From an uncultured Desulfosarcinaceae bacterium (GTDB lineage Bacteria > Desulfobacterota > Desulfobacteria > Desulfobacterales > JAFDCJ01), in NCBI GenBank assembly GCA_964527835.1, contig CAZGNV010000004.1, positions 40,079-104,078 of the forward strand: 64,000 bases of DNA, read 5' to 3'. Below, one piece after another: positions 37,513-46,616 of the stretch. Each line of letters starts with the position of its first letter. Position 1 is the stretch's first letter. The position numbers and the translations under genes were made by a program. The notes under the pieces were generated by a model. That model saw only the letters and a program-made list of their open reading frames with translations. It did no database searches and was not told where the DNA came from.

Positions 37513-39015
37513 TTAATATTCCCCGATGGCGGCTTCCAGATCCCGGAAAACGTTGACGGTTTTCTGCCGCTGGATGACCCGCTCGTAGCGTCCCTGCCAG
37601 CCGTATTTTTTCAGGCTCCGCCCGATGACAATCTTGGCCGCCGGCCGAAAAGCGTAGCGCCAGATGCCGGTCCACAGGGGGCCCCGGCTCCGGACGCGCT
37701 CCGAGGGCTCCCACCAGCCCAGCACCTTCTGGCGGTGATACCAGAACAGGTACTGCAGCCGATCGGAATCCAGGTGACGGGTTTTCACATTGGCCCACAT
37801 GCCGTTGTACCAGCGAAAGTCGTCCGGGTTGGTCACCAGCCCTTCGTCGATCAGGTGCCGGCGCATGCCGGTTTTGGGGTAGGGGGTCAGGATCTGGCAG
37901 TAGGCGGTGTCGGCCTGGACTTCCTTTAGAAAGCGGTAATTTTCGATGATGTCCGGTTCTTCGTCATCCGGAAAGCCGAAAATCATCCCTCCCACCACCA
38001 TGATGTCGTATTTGTGACACATCTGCACGGCTTTGCGGGAGGCCTCCACGATGTTGCCCTTGCCGGCGGTGGCCAGGTTTTTCCGGGAGGCGTTTTCAAT
38101 TCCCAAAAAGACGGTTTTCACCCCGGCCAGCGACATTTTGCGCACCATCTCCTCGTTGCGGGACATGGAAATACAGTCGGCCTGGACCACCAGTTGCAGG
38201 TTTTGATATTCGCGGGCGATGATGGCATCGCAGATGGCGATGACCCGCTCGGGATCCAGCACCAGGTTGTCGTCGGCCACGAAAATCCAGTGGGTTTTAC
38301 GGTTGTAGTAGATATCGTCAATGTCCGCCAGCACGCGCTCGATGGGAAAGGTGCGGAAGGTCCGGCCGTACATGTGCCGCATGCTGCAGTAGTTGCAGGT
38401 GCGGGTGCAGCCGCGGGAGGTTTCCATGACCTCGACCTTGGAGTTCATGATGTGGTAGCCCCAGGTCAGCCGCCGTTTGTCGCGGATGGGATGCTTCAGC
38501 CGCGCCAGGTCCAGCAGCTCGCCCTGGGCATTGTGCACGAAACGCCCGTTGCGCTTGTAGGACAGCGACGCAATGTCTTCCAGCCGGTCTTTGCCGGCCA
38601 GGGCGTTGACCAGCCGGCGGCAGGCTTTCTCGCCTTCGCCGCGGACGATAAAATCGATCAAAGCGGCTTCAGGAGAAGCCGCAATTTCTTCATGCATCAG
38701 GGTGGCGTGATAGCCGCCGATGACGATTTTGACGTCAGGCAGCAGCTGTTTGATCAGGCGGATCAGCTTGACGCAGGTGTCGTACTGCCATGACATGGTG
38801 GACAGGCCCACCAGCTCGGGACGTATCTTGAGCAGGGTCCGGGTCAGGTATTTGACCAGCGTGCGGCGTTTGCGGATCAGGTCGATGAGAAAAACTTGGT
38901 GGCCGTCATCAATGTTGGCACCCACACTGGCAATGCCGCAATTGGGCATGTGAAAGGCGGCTTCATGCATGATGACCGGGGCCACGTCCGGCATGGACAT
39001 CAGGACAACTTTCAT
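37513..39015 (-). CDS. B12-binding radical SAM protein
   Basis: VGLSTM, VIGGYHAT, ETSRGCTRTCNYC, LTPYPKT. Confidence 0.92.
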   Translation of the reverse strand: MKVVLMSMPDVAPVIMHEAAFHMPNCGIASVGANIDDGHQVFLIDLIRKRRTLVKYLTRTLLKIRPELVGLSTMSWQYDTCVKLIRLIKQLLPDVKIVIGGYHATLMHEEIAASPEAALIDFIVRGEGEKACRRLVNALAGKDRLEDIASLSYKRNGRFVHNAQGELLDLARLKHPIRDKRRLTWGYHIMNSKVEVMETSRGCTRTCNYCSMRHMYGRTFRTFPIERVLADIDDIYYNRKTHWIFVADDNLVLDPERVIAICDAIIAREYQNLQLVVQADCISMSRNEEMVRKMSLAGVKTVFLGIENASRKNLATAGKGNIVEASRKAVQMCHKYDIMVVGGMIFGFPDDEEPDIIENYRFLKEVQADTAYCQILTPYPKTGMRRHLIDEGLVTNPDDFRWYNGMWANVKTRHLDSDRLQYLFWYHRQKVLGWWEPSERVRSRGPLWTGIWRYAFRPAAKIVIGRSLKKYGWQGRYERVIQRQKTVNVFRDLEAAIGEY

Positions 39016-39830
39016 GATTTTTTCACTCCATCAGTATTTTTTGCAGTTTGGGATTCAAGCAGCCAGCGCACCCGGGCCATCAATTCAGCAACTGCAAATG
39101 AGTCGCTATGGTAGTCCGGTTCAATACGGGCCAGCTGTTGAACGCGGATGGTATCGGTTGCGCAGGCGTTGAACAGAAACCGGCCGGGTTCAAACAGTTT
39201 GTCGGTGTTGTCAATTCGCAGGACGACAATCGGGGCCCGGCACAGTCGGGCGATTTTAAACGCTCCCTTGTTGAGGGGTCCGATGGTGCCGTCGCGGCTG
39301 CGGGTGCCTTCCGGGAAAATGAACAGATTGCCGCCCGAGGCCAGGTACGGCTCCATGGTTTCCATGCGCTGGATCATGACTTCCGCCAGCCGGCCTTCGG
39401 AAGCCGACGGAATGTATCCGGACCACAGCAGCATGCGGCCGAATATGGGCACCCTGAAAAAAGTGCTTTTGACAATGGTTTTGTGCCGCGCAAACAACGA
39501 GATCAGCACCAGCGGATCCAGGTACGACAAATGGTTGCAGACAATCACCGCGCAGCGCAGCGACCGGATCTCATCGGGTATCCGCCATTTGTGCCCCGGA
39601 ATCAGGATGCGGGCGACAAAAAAGAACCCCCGGTAGAACTTGTGGTTCAACCGCTGAAAGGCAAGCTCGCGGTTTTCGGCCACCAGCCAGGCGATCAGGT
39701 AGCGCGGGGAAAACAAAACCACAAAACCGAGGGTAAAATAAATCCAGATCCCCGCGGTGGCGCCAATATCCAACACCGGTTTCAGGAGGCGGCAGAAAAA
39801 ATGCTGTTCGGATTTGTTATAATGGTTCAC
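39012..39830 (-). CDS. plsC: 1-acyl-sn-glycerol-3-phosphate acyltransferase family
   Basis: NHLSYLD (NHxxxxD), FPEGTRS. Confidence 0.88.
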   Translation of the reverse strand: MNHYNKSEQHFFCRLLKPVLDIGATAGIWIYFTLGFVVLFSPRYLIAWLVAENRELAFQRLNHKFYRGFFFVARILIPGHKWRIPDEIRSLRCAVIVCNHLSYLDPLVLISLFARHKTIVKSTFFRVPIFGRMLLWSGYIPSASEGRLAEVMIQRMETMEPYLASGGNLFIFPEGTRSRDGTIGPLNKGAFKIARLCRAPIVVLRIDNTDKLFEPGRFLFNACATDTIRVQQLARIEPDYHSDSFAVAELMARVRWLLESQTAKNTDGVKKS

Positions 39831-39833
39831 GGA

Positions 39834-41066
39834 TTATGGCTTTTTGATAATCAAGCAGGTGTTCACCCCGCCAAAGGCGAAATTCTGGACGGCGGCGATG
39901 CGAATGTCGGCCTCCATAAGGCTGCGGGCATGCCGGATCATGGCGCAGCGCTCATCGATCTCCTCCAGGTTCAGGGTGGGGGCGATAAAGCCTTTTTCCA
40001 TCATGTACAGGGTGAGCAGGGCTTCGATGGCCCCGCACGACCCCATGGTATGTCCCATGTAGCTTTTGAGCCCGGTGACCACCGGACCGTCCGCGTACAC
40101 CCTGCCGGTGGCCTGGGCCTCGATGGTGTCGCCCATTTTGGTGGCCGTGGCATGGGCGCTGACAAAATCCACCGCATCGGCGCTGACGGCCGCATCCTCA
40201 AGCGCCAGCCGGATGGTGGCGGTAATGCCCTCCGGGTTCGGCAGAATCAGATCCCCGCCGTTGTTGGTGCAGGAAAAGCCGATGATTTCCCCCAGGATCT
40301 GAGCGCCGCGCTTTTTGGCGAATTCAAAATCTTCCAGCAGCAGGGCGCCGGCCCCCTCGGCCACCACCAGGCCGTCGCGGTGCTTGTCGAAGGGCCGCGG
40401 CGTCAGGTGCGGCGTGTCGTTGTATTCGGTGGAGCAGGCCAGCAGGTTGTCAAACACCGCCACCGTGGTGGTGTCATACTCGTCGGCGCCGCCGCAGAGC
40501 ATGGCATCCTGGCGGCCGAATCGGATCATTTCGTAGCCGAAGCCGATGGACTGGCTGCTGGTGGTGCAGGCCGTGGAGGAGGAAATCACCCGTCCGGTGA
40601 TGCCGAACATCTTGGTGATGTTGACCGCCGTGGTGTGCACCATGGATTTTAAATAATCCACGGCTCCGATGGAGGAAAAACGGGTGCGCGATCCGCTGAA
40701 AAAGGATTTGTATATTTCCCTTTGAACCGACGGGCTGCCGTGGGTGGAGCCGAAAGCCACCCCCAGTCTGCCGGAGGTGATAAAGGCATTGTCCAGCCCG
40801 GAGGCTTCCAGGACTTCCTTGGCCACCTGGCAGGCATAATAGGACACCGGGCCCATGGTCTTGCGATAGTGGCGTTTGAAATCGAAGCTGATGGGATAAT
40901 CAACGGTGCCGAACACCCCGGAATGAATATAACCGGACAGCAGGTCGTCGGGTTTCATTTTTTTAACCCCGGAGACCCCCTGCTCCAGGTGACGGATAAT
41001 TTCATCTTTGCTATGGCCGATGGGGGTGATGGCGCTGCCGGCCGTAATGACGACTCTGCGTTGCAT
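39834..41066 (-). CDS. Beta-ketoacyl-ACP synthase
   Basis: TACTTSSQSIG, SAHATAT, KSYMGHTMG, NFAFGG; start moved to ATG 41066. Confidence 0.9.
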   Translation of the reverse strand: MQRRVVITAGSAITPIGHSKDEIIRHLEQGVSGVKKMKPDDLLSGYIHSGVFGTVDYPISFDFKRHYRKTMGPVSYYACQVAKEVLEASGLDNAFITSGRLGVAFGSTHGSPSVQREIYKSFFSGSRTRFSSIGAVDYLKSMVHTTAVNITKMFGITGRVISSSTACTTSSQSIGFGYEMIRFGRQDAMLCGGADEYDTTTVAVFDNLLACSTEYNDTPHLTPRPFDKHRDGLVVAEGAGALLLEDFEFAKKRGAQILGEIIGFSCTNNGGDLILPNPEGITATIRLALEDAAVSADAVDFVSAHATATKMGDTIEAQATGRVYADGPVVTGLKSYMGHTMGSCGAIEALLTLYMMEKGFIAPTLNLEEIDERCAMIRHARSLMEADIRIAAVQNFAFGGVNTCLIIKKP

Positions 41067-41148
41067 TTCCAAAATCCCGGGGTGCGCTGATGGCGGCCCC
41101 AATGTTGTTAGGTGGAATTTCCGGCCGCTGTTGGGGACGGATTTGTGA

Positions 41149-41430
41149 TCATGCCTGCCGGGTCTTTGCTTCTCCGGGGGCCCGGCTGCCTGCCAGCATT
41201 TCAATGTAATCCAGAATCTGATTGATGGTTCGGATTTCCATGGCCATCTTTTTTTCGGCCCGGCTCAATTCCGAGCCGAGCATAATTTCGATCTCGCGCA
41301 GCAGCTCGATGGCATCGATACTGTCAAACTCGTGTATCTCCCTCAGGTCATCGTCGAGCCCGGGATTGTCGATCTCAAACTGATCGCTGAAGATCCTGAT
41401 AATCTCGGATTGTATTTCGTCACGCGTCAT
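41149..41430 (-). CDS. Acyl carrier protein 3
   Basis: EFDSIDAIEL. Confidence 0.88.
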   Translation of the reverse strand: MTRDEIQSEIIRIFSDQFEIDNPGLDDDLREIHEFDSIDAIELLREIEIMLGSELSRAEKKMAMEIRTINQILDYIEMLAGSRAPGEAKTRQA

Positions 41431-41463
41431 GAAAGCTGGCCCCTGGATGATAAAAACAAAATA

Positions 41464-42396
41464 TTACATCTTCTGCCCGGTTTGTTCAACCCCAAATGAT
41501 TGCGGCGCCGGTTTCGCTCCAGCGCGCAGAAAGGGCTTGAAATGATACCATTGCAGCGGATGGCGTCGCAGCGCCGCTTCCAGGGCATCGGCATATTCTT
41601 GGGCTGACTGCCGGATGGCCGCATCTCGCTGGTCGCGGGCGGCGGCAGTGATGGATATGGGCGGCGACATGTTGAACTGGTAGTGGTTTTTTCCGGTGCG
41701 GAAGGCAAAAAAAATGAAGATGGGGGCGCCCGATACCAGCGCCAGCACATGGGGCGTCTGGGGCAGTGCGATTTCATGGCCCAAAAATTTCGCCGCCACC
41801 GTGCGTTGATCCTTTTTCCACACCAGATCCCCGGCCATTGAAACCACGCCGCCTTCCTGAACGAATCGGATGCCCTCGACAATATCCAGGGGCGATCCGC
41901 CGTGTTCGTCCGCCGCCACGATCCGGATGTCATTTTGAACCAGGCTCTGTTTTTGAATCCGTTCGATCTGTTCTTTCTGTTTGGCTCCCATGTACAGCAG
42001 CAGCGGGGTTTTCTTGAGCCGGCGTTTGAGCAGGTGGGCGCCCACCTCCCAGTTGCCCATGTGGGACATGAGCAAGATGGCGCCGCGGCCGCCGGCCAGG
42101 TTTTGCTCCAGGTGCTCCAGGCCGCTGGAAGTATAGGTGATGGCATCAAATTCCTGCAGCACAAAGCGGTCGAAAACGACATCCGTAAAATTATGAAACT
42201 GCCGCCAGGCGCACCACAGGTGAAACAGCCGGCCGCGATCGGGGTACAGGGCACGGTATAATCTTACGGAGTTGTTGACCCGGGCCGGGAAAAACAGGAA
42301 ATATCCCGTGGCCACAAACCAGGCAAACAGCCCAAAGACCCAGGGGCCCAGGATTTTCGTCAGCCGGGTGGTGGTTTTATAGAATAATTCGCTCAT
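41464..42396 (-). CDS. LpxL-like lysophospholipid/lipid acyltransferase
   Basis: SHMGNWE, SMAGD, PLQWYHF. Confidence 0.85.
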   Translation of the reverse strand: MSELFYKTTTRLTKILGPWVFGLFAWFVATGYFLFFPARVNNSVRLYRALYPDRGRLFHLWCAWRQFHNFTDVVFDRFVLQEFDAITYTSSGLEHLEQNLAGGRGAILLMSHMGNWEVGAHLLKRRLKKTPLLLYMGAKQKEQIERIQKQSLVQNDIRIVAADEHGGSPLDIVEGIRFVQEGGVVSMAGDLVWKKDQRTVAAKFLGHEIALPQTPHVLALVSGAPIFIFFAFRTGKNHYQFNMSPPISITAAARDQRDAAIRQSAQEYADALEAALRRHPLQWYHFKPFLRAGAKPAPQSFGVEQTGQKM

Positions 42397-42410
42397 GACC
42401 GTTCAAAGGC

Positions 42411-42509
42411 TTGAATGGCGCTCAAAAATGGCTTTTTGCAACTCAATCAAGTTCGTTTCTCATCGGCTGCCGCCGGGCGGCATAAACAAGCTTTTTACGA
42501 ACCCATCAA
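42411..42509. mobile_element. Short degenerate MITE of the same family as 22984 and 2254
   Basis: Right end GCTTTTTACGAACCCATCAA; degenerate left end TTGAATGGCGCTCAAAAATG. Confidence 0.5.
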
Positions 42510-42521
42510 CCGATTAAGGCC

Positions 42522-43253
42522 TCAATGTTTTCCCACGAAAGGGTGCAGCAGGATCCTGCGGGTGATCAACCGCGAAAAGGTGCAGGTGTTTCTTAAAAAG
42601 TCGACAAACGGCCGGAAATGGGAGACCCGTTCGCCGGCCGGGGCATAGCAAACCCCGACCGGCACTTCGACAACCGGGATTTGCTTCCAGCAGGCTTTTA
42701 CCAGGATTTCGATTTCAAATTCGAAGCGCCGGGCCTTGACGTTCAGTTCCAGAGCTTCCGGCAGGGGATAGATCCTGAACCCGCTTTGGGTGTCCCGCAG
42801 GCGGGGCCCTCCCGCACAGGCGATCCAGAAATTTGAAAAACGGCGGCCGAAGCGGCTGGTCCAGGGGACATTTTGTCCGTCCATGCCCTGCCGCAGGCCC
42901 ACCACGATGGGGCGGGCGTGTTCCCCGATGGCCCGCATCATCAGCCGGGCATCGGCCGGGTTATGCTGTCCGTCGGCATCGATGGTAATGGCCCAGTTCG
43001 CCACTTCGGCGGCGGCGGCAAAACCGGTGAGCAGGGCCGCTCCCTTGCCGCAGTTTTGCGGATGGTGCAGAACGTGGATATGCTTGAAGGCGCTGATTCT
43101 TTCATAACTGCCATCCGTGGAACCGTCATCGACCACGAAAACCGGCATATCCAGCTCCAGGGATTTTTTGACCACGTCTTGGATGTGCCGTTGATGGTTG
43201 TACACCGGGATGACAACGGCAAATCGCTGTTTTTGCGCAGGTGACAGGTCCAT
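42522..43253 (-). CDS. Glycosyltransferase family 2
   Basis: VIPVYN, VDDGSTD, NCGKGAAL, IDADGQH, DTQSGFR; ATG 43253 overlaps the upstream TGA. Confidence 0.92.
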   Translation of the reverse strand: MDLSPAQKQRFAVVIPVYNHQRHIQDVVKKSLELDMPVFVVDDGSTDGSYERISAFKHIHVLHHPQNCGKGAALLTGFAAAAEVANWAITIDADGQHNPADARLMMRAIGEHARPIVVGLRQGMDGQNVPWTSRFGRRFSNFWIACAGGPRLRDTQSGFRIYPLPEALELNVKARRFEFEIEILVKACWKQIPVVEVPVGVCYAPAGERVSHFRPFVDFLRNTCTFSRLITRRILLHPFVGKH

Positions 43254-44980
43254 CAGGATCCGTGCACAGCTGCAGGCAAAAACGCCACGGCCCACGTCCC
43301 CGGCCCGAAATGAACCCCGGAGGTCAACGATATGGGCTGCAGCAAGATTTCACTGGACTCAAACCGGGCGGCGATGGCTTTTTGGGCCGTAGTCTCCACC
43401 CAGTCGCGATTATCACTGTACTCCAGCATGATCAGGGGAGCCGAGCCGAACGGGCAGGCGGAGTTCAGTTTTTCAAGGGCGAATTTCAGCTGGGCGGCTG
43501 CGTTTTTTGCCGTGCCCATCTTTTTGGCACCTTCAGCCGTGGGGCTGATGATGGGCTTGACATGCAGCATGTCGCCGAAAAATGCACTGGATTTGGACAA
43601 GCGCCCGCCGGCGGCAAGATATTTGAGCTTGTCCAGAAAAACATATTCCTCACAAGTCCGGACCGCCCGCCGGGCAAAATCGATCACCGCTTCCGGGTCG
43701 TCGGTTGTTTGGGCATACCGGGCGGTGGCCAGGGCAATGGTGCCCAGGCGGCCCGAGGCCGCCCCCGTATCGATGACGATCAGGCGGCTGCCCGCATCAT
43801 TGTGGTTTTTCCACTGCATGGCAACGTCAAAGTTGCCCGTATAAACAGAGCCGACGCAAAGGTACAGCACCCGGGGGTATAGTTCCGTCACCCGCTGGTA
43901 ATACTGGTGGCGCTCGAACATCGAGGCCTGGGAGGTGGAGGCCTGGATGCCGGCCCGCATGTTCTGATAAAGTTCGGTGGCGGTAAACAGACTTTCCGGC
44001 AGGGACTTGTCGCCGGCGATGATGTAGCTGTCCAGCAGGGTGACACCCAGTTGGCGGGCCATTTCCCGGCTCATGGAGCCGGCGGCATCGGTCATGATAT
44101 GAAGAGCGCCTTGTGGGCTGGATTGTTTGAAAGCGTTGATCTGGGCGGCGAGATCGTCGTCGGTCCACTGCACCACCTGCCCGAGATCCTCCATTTTGCG
44201 GCGTAAAGACGCCACGTCTGCGGTGTGCAGGTGAACCTTCAGGTAGTCCTTGTGGGGGATCAGCACCACGTTGTCGCCGTTTTGGCGCAGGCGGTCGATT
44301 TTTTCCTGTTCATTGCCGTCCAGGCGGATGACGGTGTCCACACAGTGGCCGGCTTCCATTTGAGCCTGAAAGGACGAAGAGATTGCAAGCAGACCCTTGA
44401 ATCGCGCTGCCAGCGGTTGAAACCCGTCGGTCCGGCCGGCGAGGTGCTTGAAAAAACTTTCAAAAAACAGATACATCCCCAGCGCGCCGGAGTCCACAAC
44501 GCCGGCGGGCTTCAGACCGGGCAGCAGTTGGGGGGTTAATTTTACGGCCGCCTCCAGCTGGTCGATGATTTCGTCAACGGATGCATCCAGGGCCGGCCTG
44601 CCGTTTTTGGCCAGGACATCCACCAGGGTGTCGAAAACCGTCAGCATGGTTCCGTGGACCGGGTTGCTGACAGCCTGCCAGGCTTGGTCGCGGCCCAGTT
44701 TCGCAGCCTGCAGAAGATCTTCCAGGGTGTCGGCCGTCAGAAAGCCGGCGAAAAAGCGGGCTGCGATGTTGCCGGAGTTTCCCCGCGCGGCCAGCAGCAG
44801 CTGCTGGATGGTCGCATCCCGGTTTTCATCCAGGTAGCGCAAGGGCGTGAGGCTGGCGATCAGGTTGCGACCGGTATCACCGTCGGCCACTGGAAAGACA
44901 TTGATGCTGTCCAGAACGTCGGACCAGGCGGCCACCCTTTCAACACCGGCAATGTGGGCTTTTTGAAAATCCGGTTTCAT
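43253..44980 (-). CDS. DAK2 (FakA-like) + DegV (FakB-like) fusion, putative fatty acid kinase
   Basis: INVFPVADGDTGRNL, ARGNSG, GTMLTV, VVDSG; then DegV part IMTDAAG, TSQAS, IDTG, GVHFGPG. Confidence 0.88.
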   Translation of the reverse strand: MKPDFQKAHIAGVERVAAWSDVLDSINVFPVADGDTGRNLIASLTPLRYLDENRDATIQQLLLAARGNSGNIAARFFAGFLTADTLEDLLQAAKLGRDQAWQAVSNPVHGTMLTVFDTLVDVLAKNGRPALDASVDEIIDQLEAAVKLTPQLLPGLKPAGVVDSGALGMYLFFESFFKHLAGRTDGFQPLAARFKGLLAISSSFQAQMEAGHCVDTVIRLDGNEQEKIDRLRQNGDNVVLIPHKDYLKVHLHTADVASLRRKMEDLGQVVQWTDDDLAAQINAFKQSSPQGALHIMTDAAGSMSREMARQLGVTLLDSYIIAGDKSLPESLFTATELYQNMRAGIQASTSQASMFERHQYYQRVTELYPRVLYLCVGSVYTGNFDVAMQWKNHNDAGSRLIVIDTGAASGRLGTIALATARYAQTTDDPEAVIDFARRAVRTCEEYVFLDKLKYLAAGGRLSKSSAFFGDMLHVKPIISPTAEGAKKMGTAKNAAAQLKFALEKLNSACPFGSAPLIMLEYSDNRDWVETTAQKAIAARFESSEILLQPISLTSGVHFGPGTWAVAFLPAAVHGS

Positions 44981-45405
44981 GGTGAAAGCTCCAGGGCCTG
45001 GCGGATATCATCCGGTATTTCAAACAATATTTCCATGGCGGGATATTTTACCGCCACCTGCTCGCTTCTGCCTTTGGCGCAAAGCTGGTCGTTTTTGATC
45101 AGCTTGATTTTAAAATCGATCACGATCTTGTATTGGGCCTCGGCCACCGTGGCCTCGCAGATGAATTCATCGCGGTATTTCAGGGAAACGATGTACTTTG
45201 TGGCGGTTTTTATTATCGGAAACAGACAGCGGGTCTTTTGATAATAATCAAACAGATCGATTCCCACGTCATGAAAGAGCGCTGAGCGCGTCTGATCGAA
45301 ATATTTCAGGTAATTTCCATGCCACACCATGTTCATGGGGTCCAGGTCGTAAAACGGCACCGTGAAGGTCATCGCATGGCTTTTGTACACTTGGTTATTC
45401 ATCAC
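44977..45405 (-). CDS. Acyl-CoA/ACP thioesterase (4HBT hotdog)
   Basis: FYDLDPMNMVWHGNYLKYFD. Confidence 0.88.
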   Translation of the reverse strand: MMNNQVYKSHAMTFTVPFYDLDPMNMVWHGNYLKYFDQTRSALFHDVGIDLFDYYQKTRCLFPIIKTATKYIVSLKYRDEFICEATVAEAQYKIVIDFKIKLIKNDQLCAKGRSEQVAVKYPAMEILFEIPDDIRQALELSP

Positions 45406-45513
45406 CGAAAACTCAAATCAGGCCCTTATTACGGGTTCATCAATAAAATGCATAAATAATAAAATTATATTATTTTAATTTCAGAATCAACTAAAAAGCC
45501 GGAAATTCGTTAT

Positions 45514-45542
45514 TTGACACATCCGCGCCTTTACTTTATATT
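45514..45542 (+). promoter_or_regulatory. Sigma70-type promoter
   Basis: TTGACA-17 nt-TATATT upstream of GGAGG RBS and ATG 45608. Confidence 0.55.
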
Positions 45543-45607
45543 GCCTCGCAAAAAACCACATTCTACCCGTCCAATCAGGGCAGGGACACCCCAGGAGGAA
45601 ATGCAGG

Positions 45608-46594
45608 ATGGCGGATAAAAACCGGATCTACCTTGAAGACATCGGCGAAATCGTCATGTCGCGCGGCGGCAGAGACATCTGGCTGGTGAAGGAAATTTCG
45701 CAGCATGAAGCCTTTCGGGGCCGCAGCCTGCCGGATAAGATTTATGTGGTCGATTTTCCCGGCCGGGGGCTGGGCGAGGAATTTTTGCTCAGCCGCCAGG
45801 CCTGCGGCGCCGAGAAGTTTTTAATGATCAAGGAAATCGGCCATGACATGATGCGCCTTTTCGAACGCATGTTTGACGGGAAACTGGCGCAGTTTGTGAT
45901 CCTGTGGGGGGGACGCCCGCTGGATCTGCTGGATGCCAACCCGCCGCTGCACCGTTCCCGGCTGCCCGACACGACTTACATCAAATTGACCCGCATTGAG
46001 GACAGCACCGTTTCCCGCGGCTGGAACATTGTTGAAAGCTCCTTTGTCGGCGAGTGGTGGCGGGATGAGACCTGGATTATCATGGAAGAATGCATCGCTT
46101 CGGGTTCGACTTTGACCTATTTCGTGGAAGAGGCCCTGCACCATCACCGACCCGAGAAGATCTTCCTGTTTCCGGTGTGCGCCAGCCTCGAAGGGCTGGA
46201 GGGGATCTGCCGGATATGCAATGAACGGGGGGTCGAGCTGATCCCGGTTTACAACGGTGCGCTGATCCAGGTCGCTGAAAAAGGCGTGACCCTGCCGTAT
46301 ACCGATCTCGGCCTTCAGCCCCAGACCATTGTCACCCATCATTTTTTCCATGACCTCAATGAGCGCTACCAGGGCCGGCCGCTTTGCTGGGTGGGGGATA
46401 TCGGCGATTCGATCTACAAGCCGGAAGATCATCTCATCGAGACGCTCAGTGACATGCTGGCGGTGGGGATGGATTTTGAAAGAGAAGATTTTTCGCTCTG
46501 GAGTCCCATCGTGCGTTCGGAGCGGTTTCTCACCCGCCTGGAGGCCTCCCACGGCGGATTGTTCCGGGCGGTGGGCAAGTACCTGAAGTCCTGA
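45608..46594 (+). CDS. Type I phosphoribosyltransferase-like protein (divergent uracil-PRTase-like)
   Basis: PRPP loop IIMEECIASGSTL followed by VCASLEGL (compare Upp IAAPEGI). Confidence 0.6.
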   Translation: MADKNRIYLEDIGEIVMSRGGRDIWLVKEISQHEAFRGRSLPDKIYVVDFPGRGLGEEFLLSRQACGAEKFLMIKEIGHDMMRLFERMFDGKLAQFVILWGGRPLDLLDANPPLHRSRLPDTTYIKLTRIEDSTVSRGWNIVESSFVGEWWRDETWIIMEECIASGSTLTYFVEEALHHHRPEKIFLFPVCASLEGLEGICRICNERGVELIPVYNGALIQVAEKGVTLPYTDLGLQPQTIVTHHFFHDLNERYQGRPLCWVGDIGDSIYKPEDHLIETLSDMLAVGMDFEREDFSLWSPIVRSERFLTRLEASHGGLFRAVGKYLKS

Positions 46595-46616
46595 ACCAGA
46601 AAAACGGTGAACACGA

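Noticed and set aside
5521-45405. Definite aryl polyene or ladderane assignment
   Set aside because: No AMP ligase, ammonia lyase or phytoene-desaturase-like gene in the window; the product cannot be named from sequence
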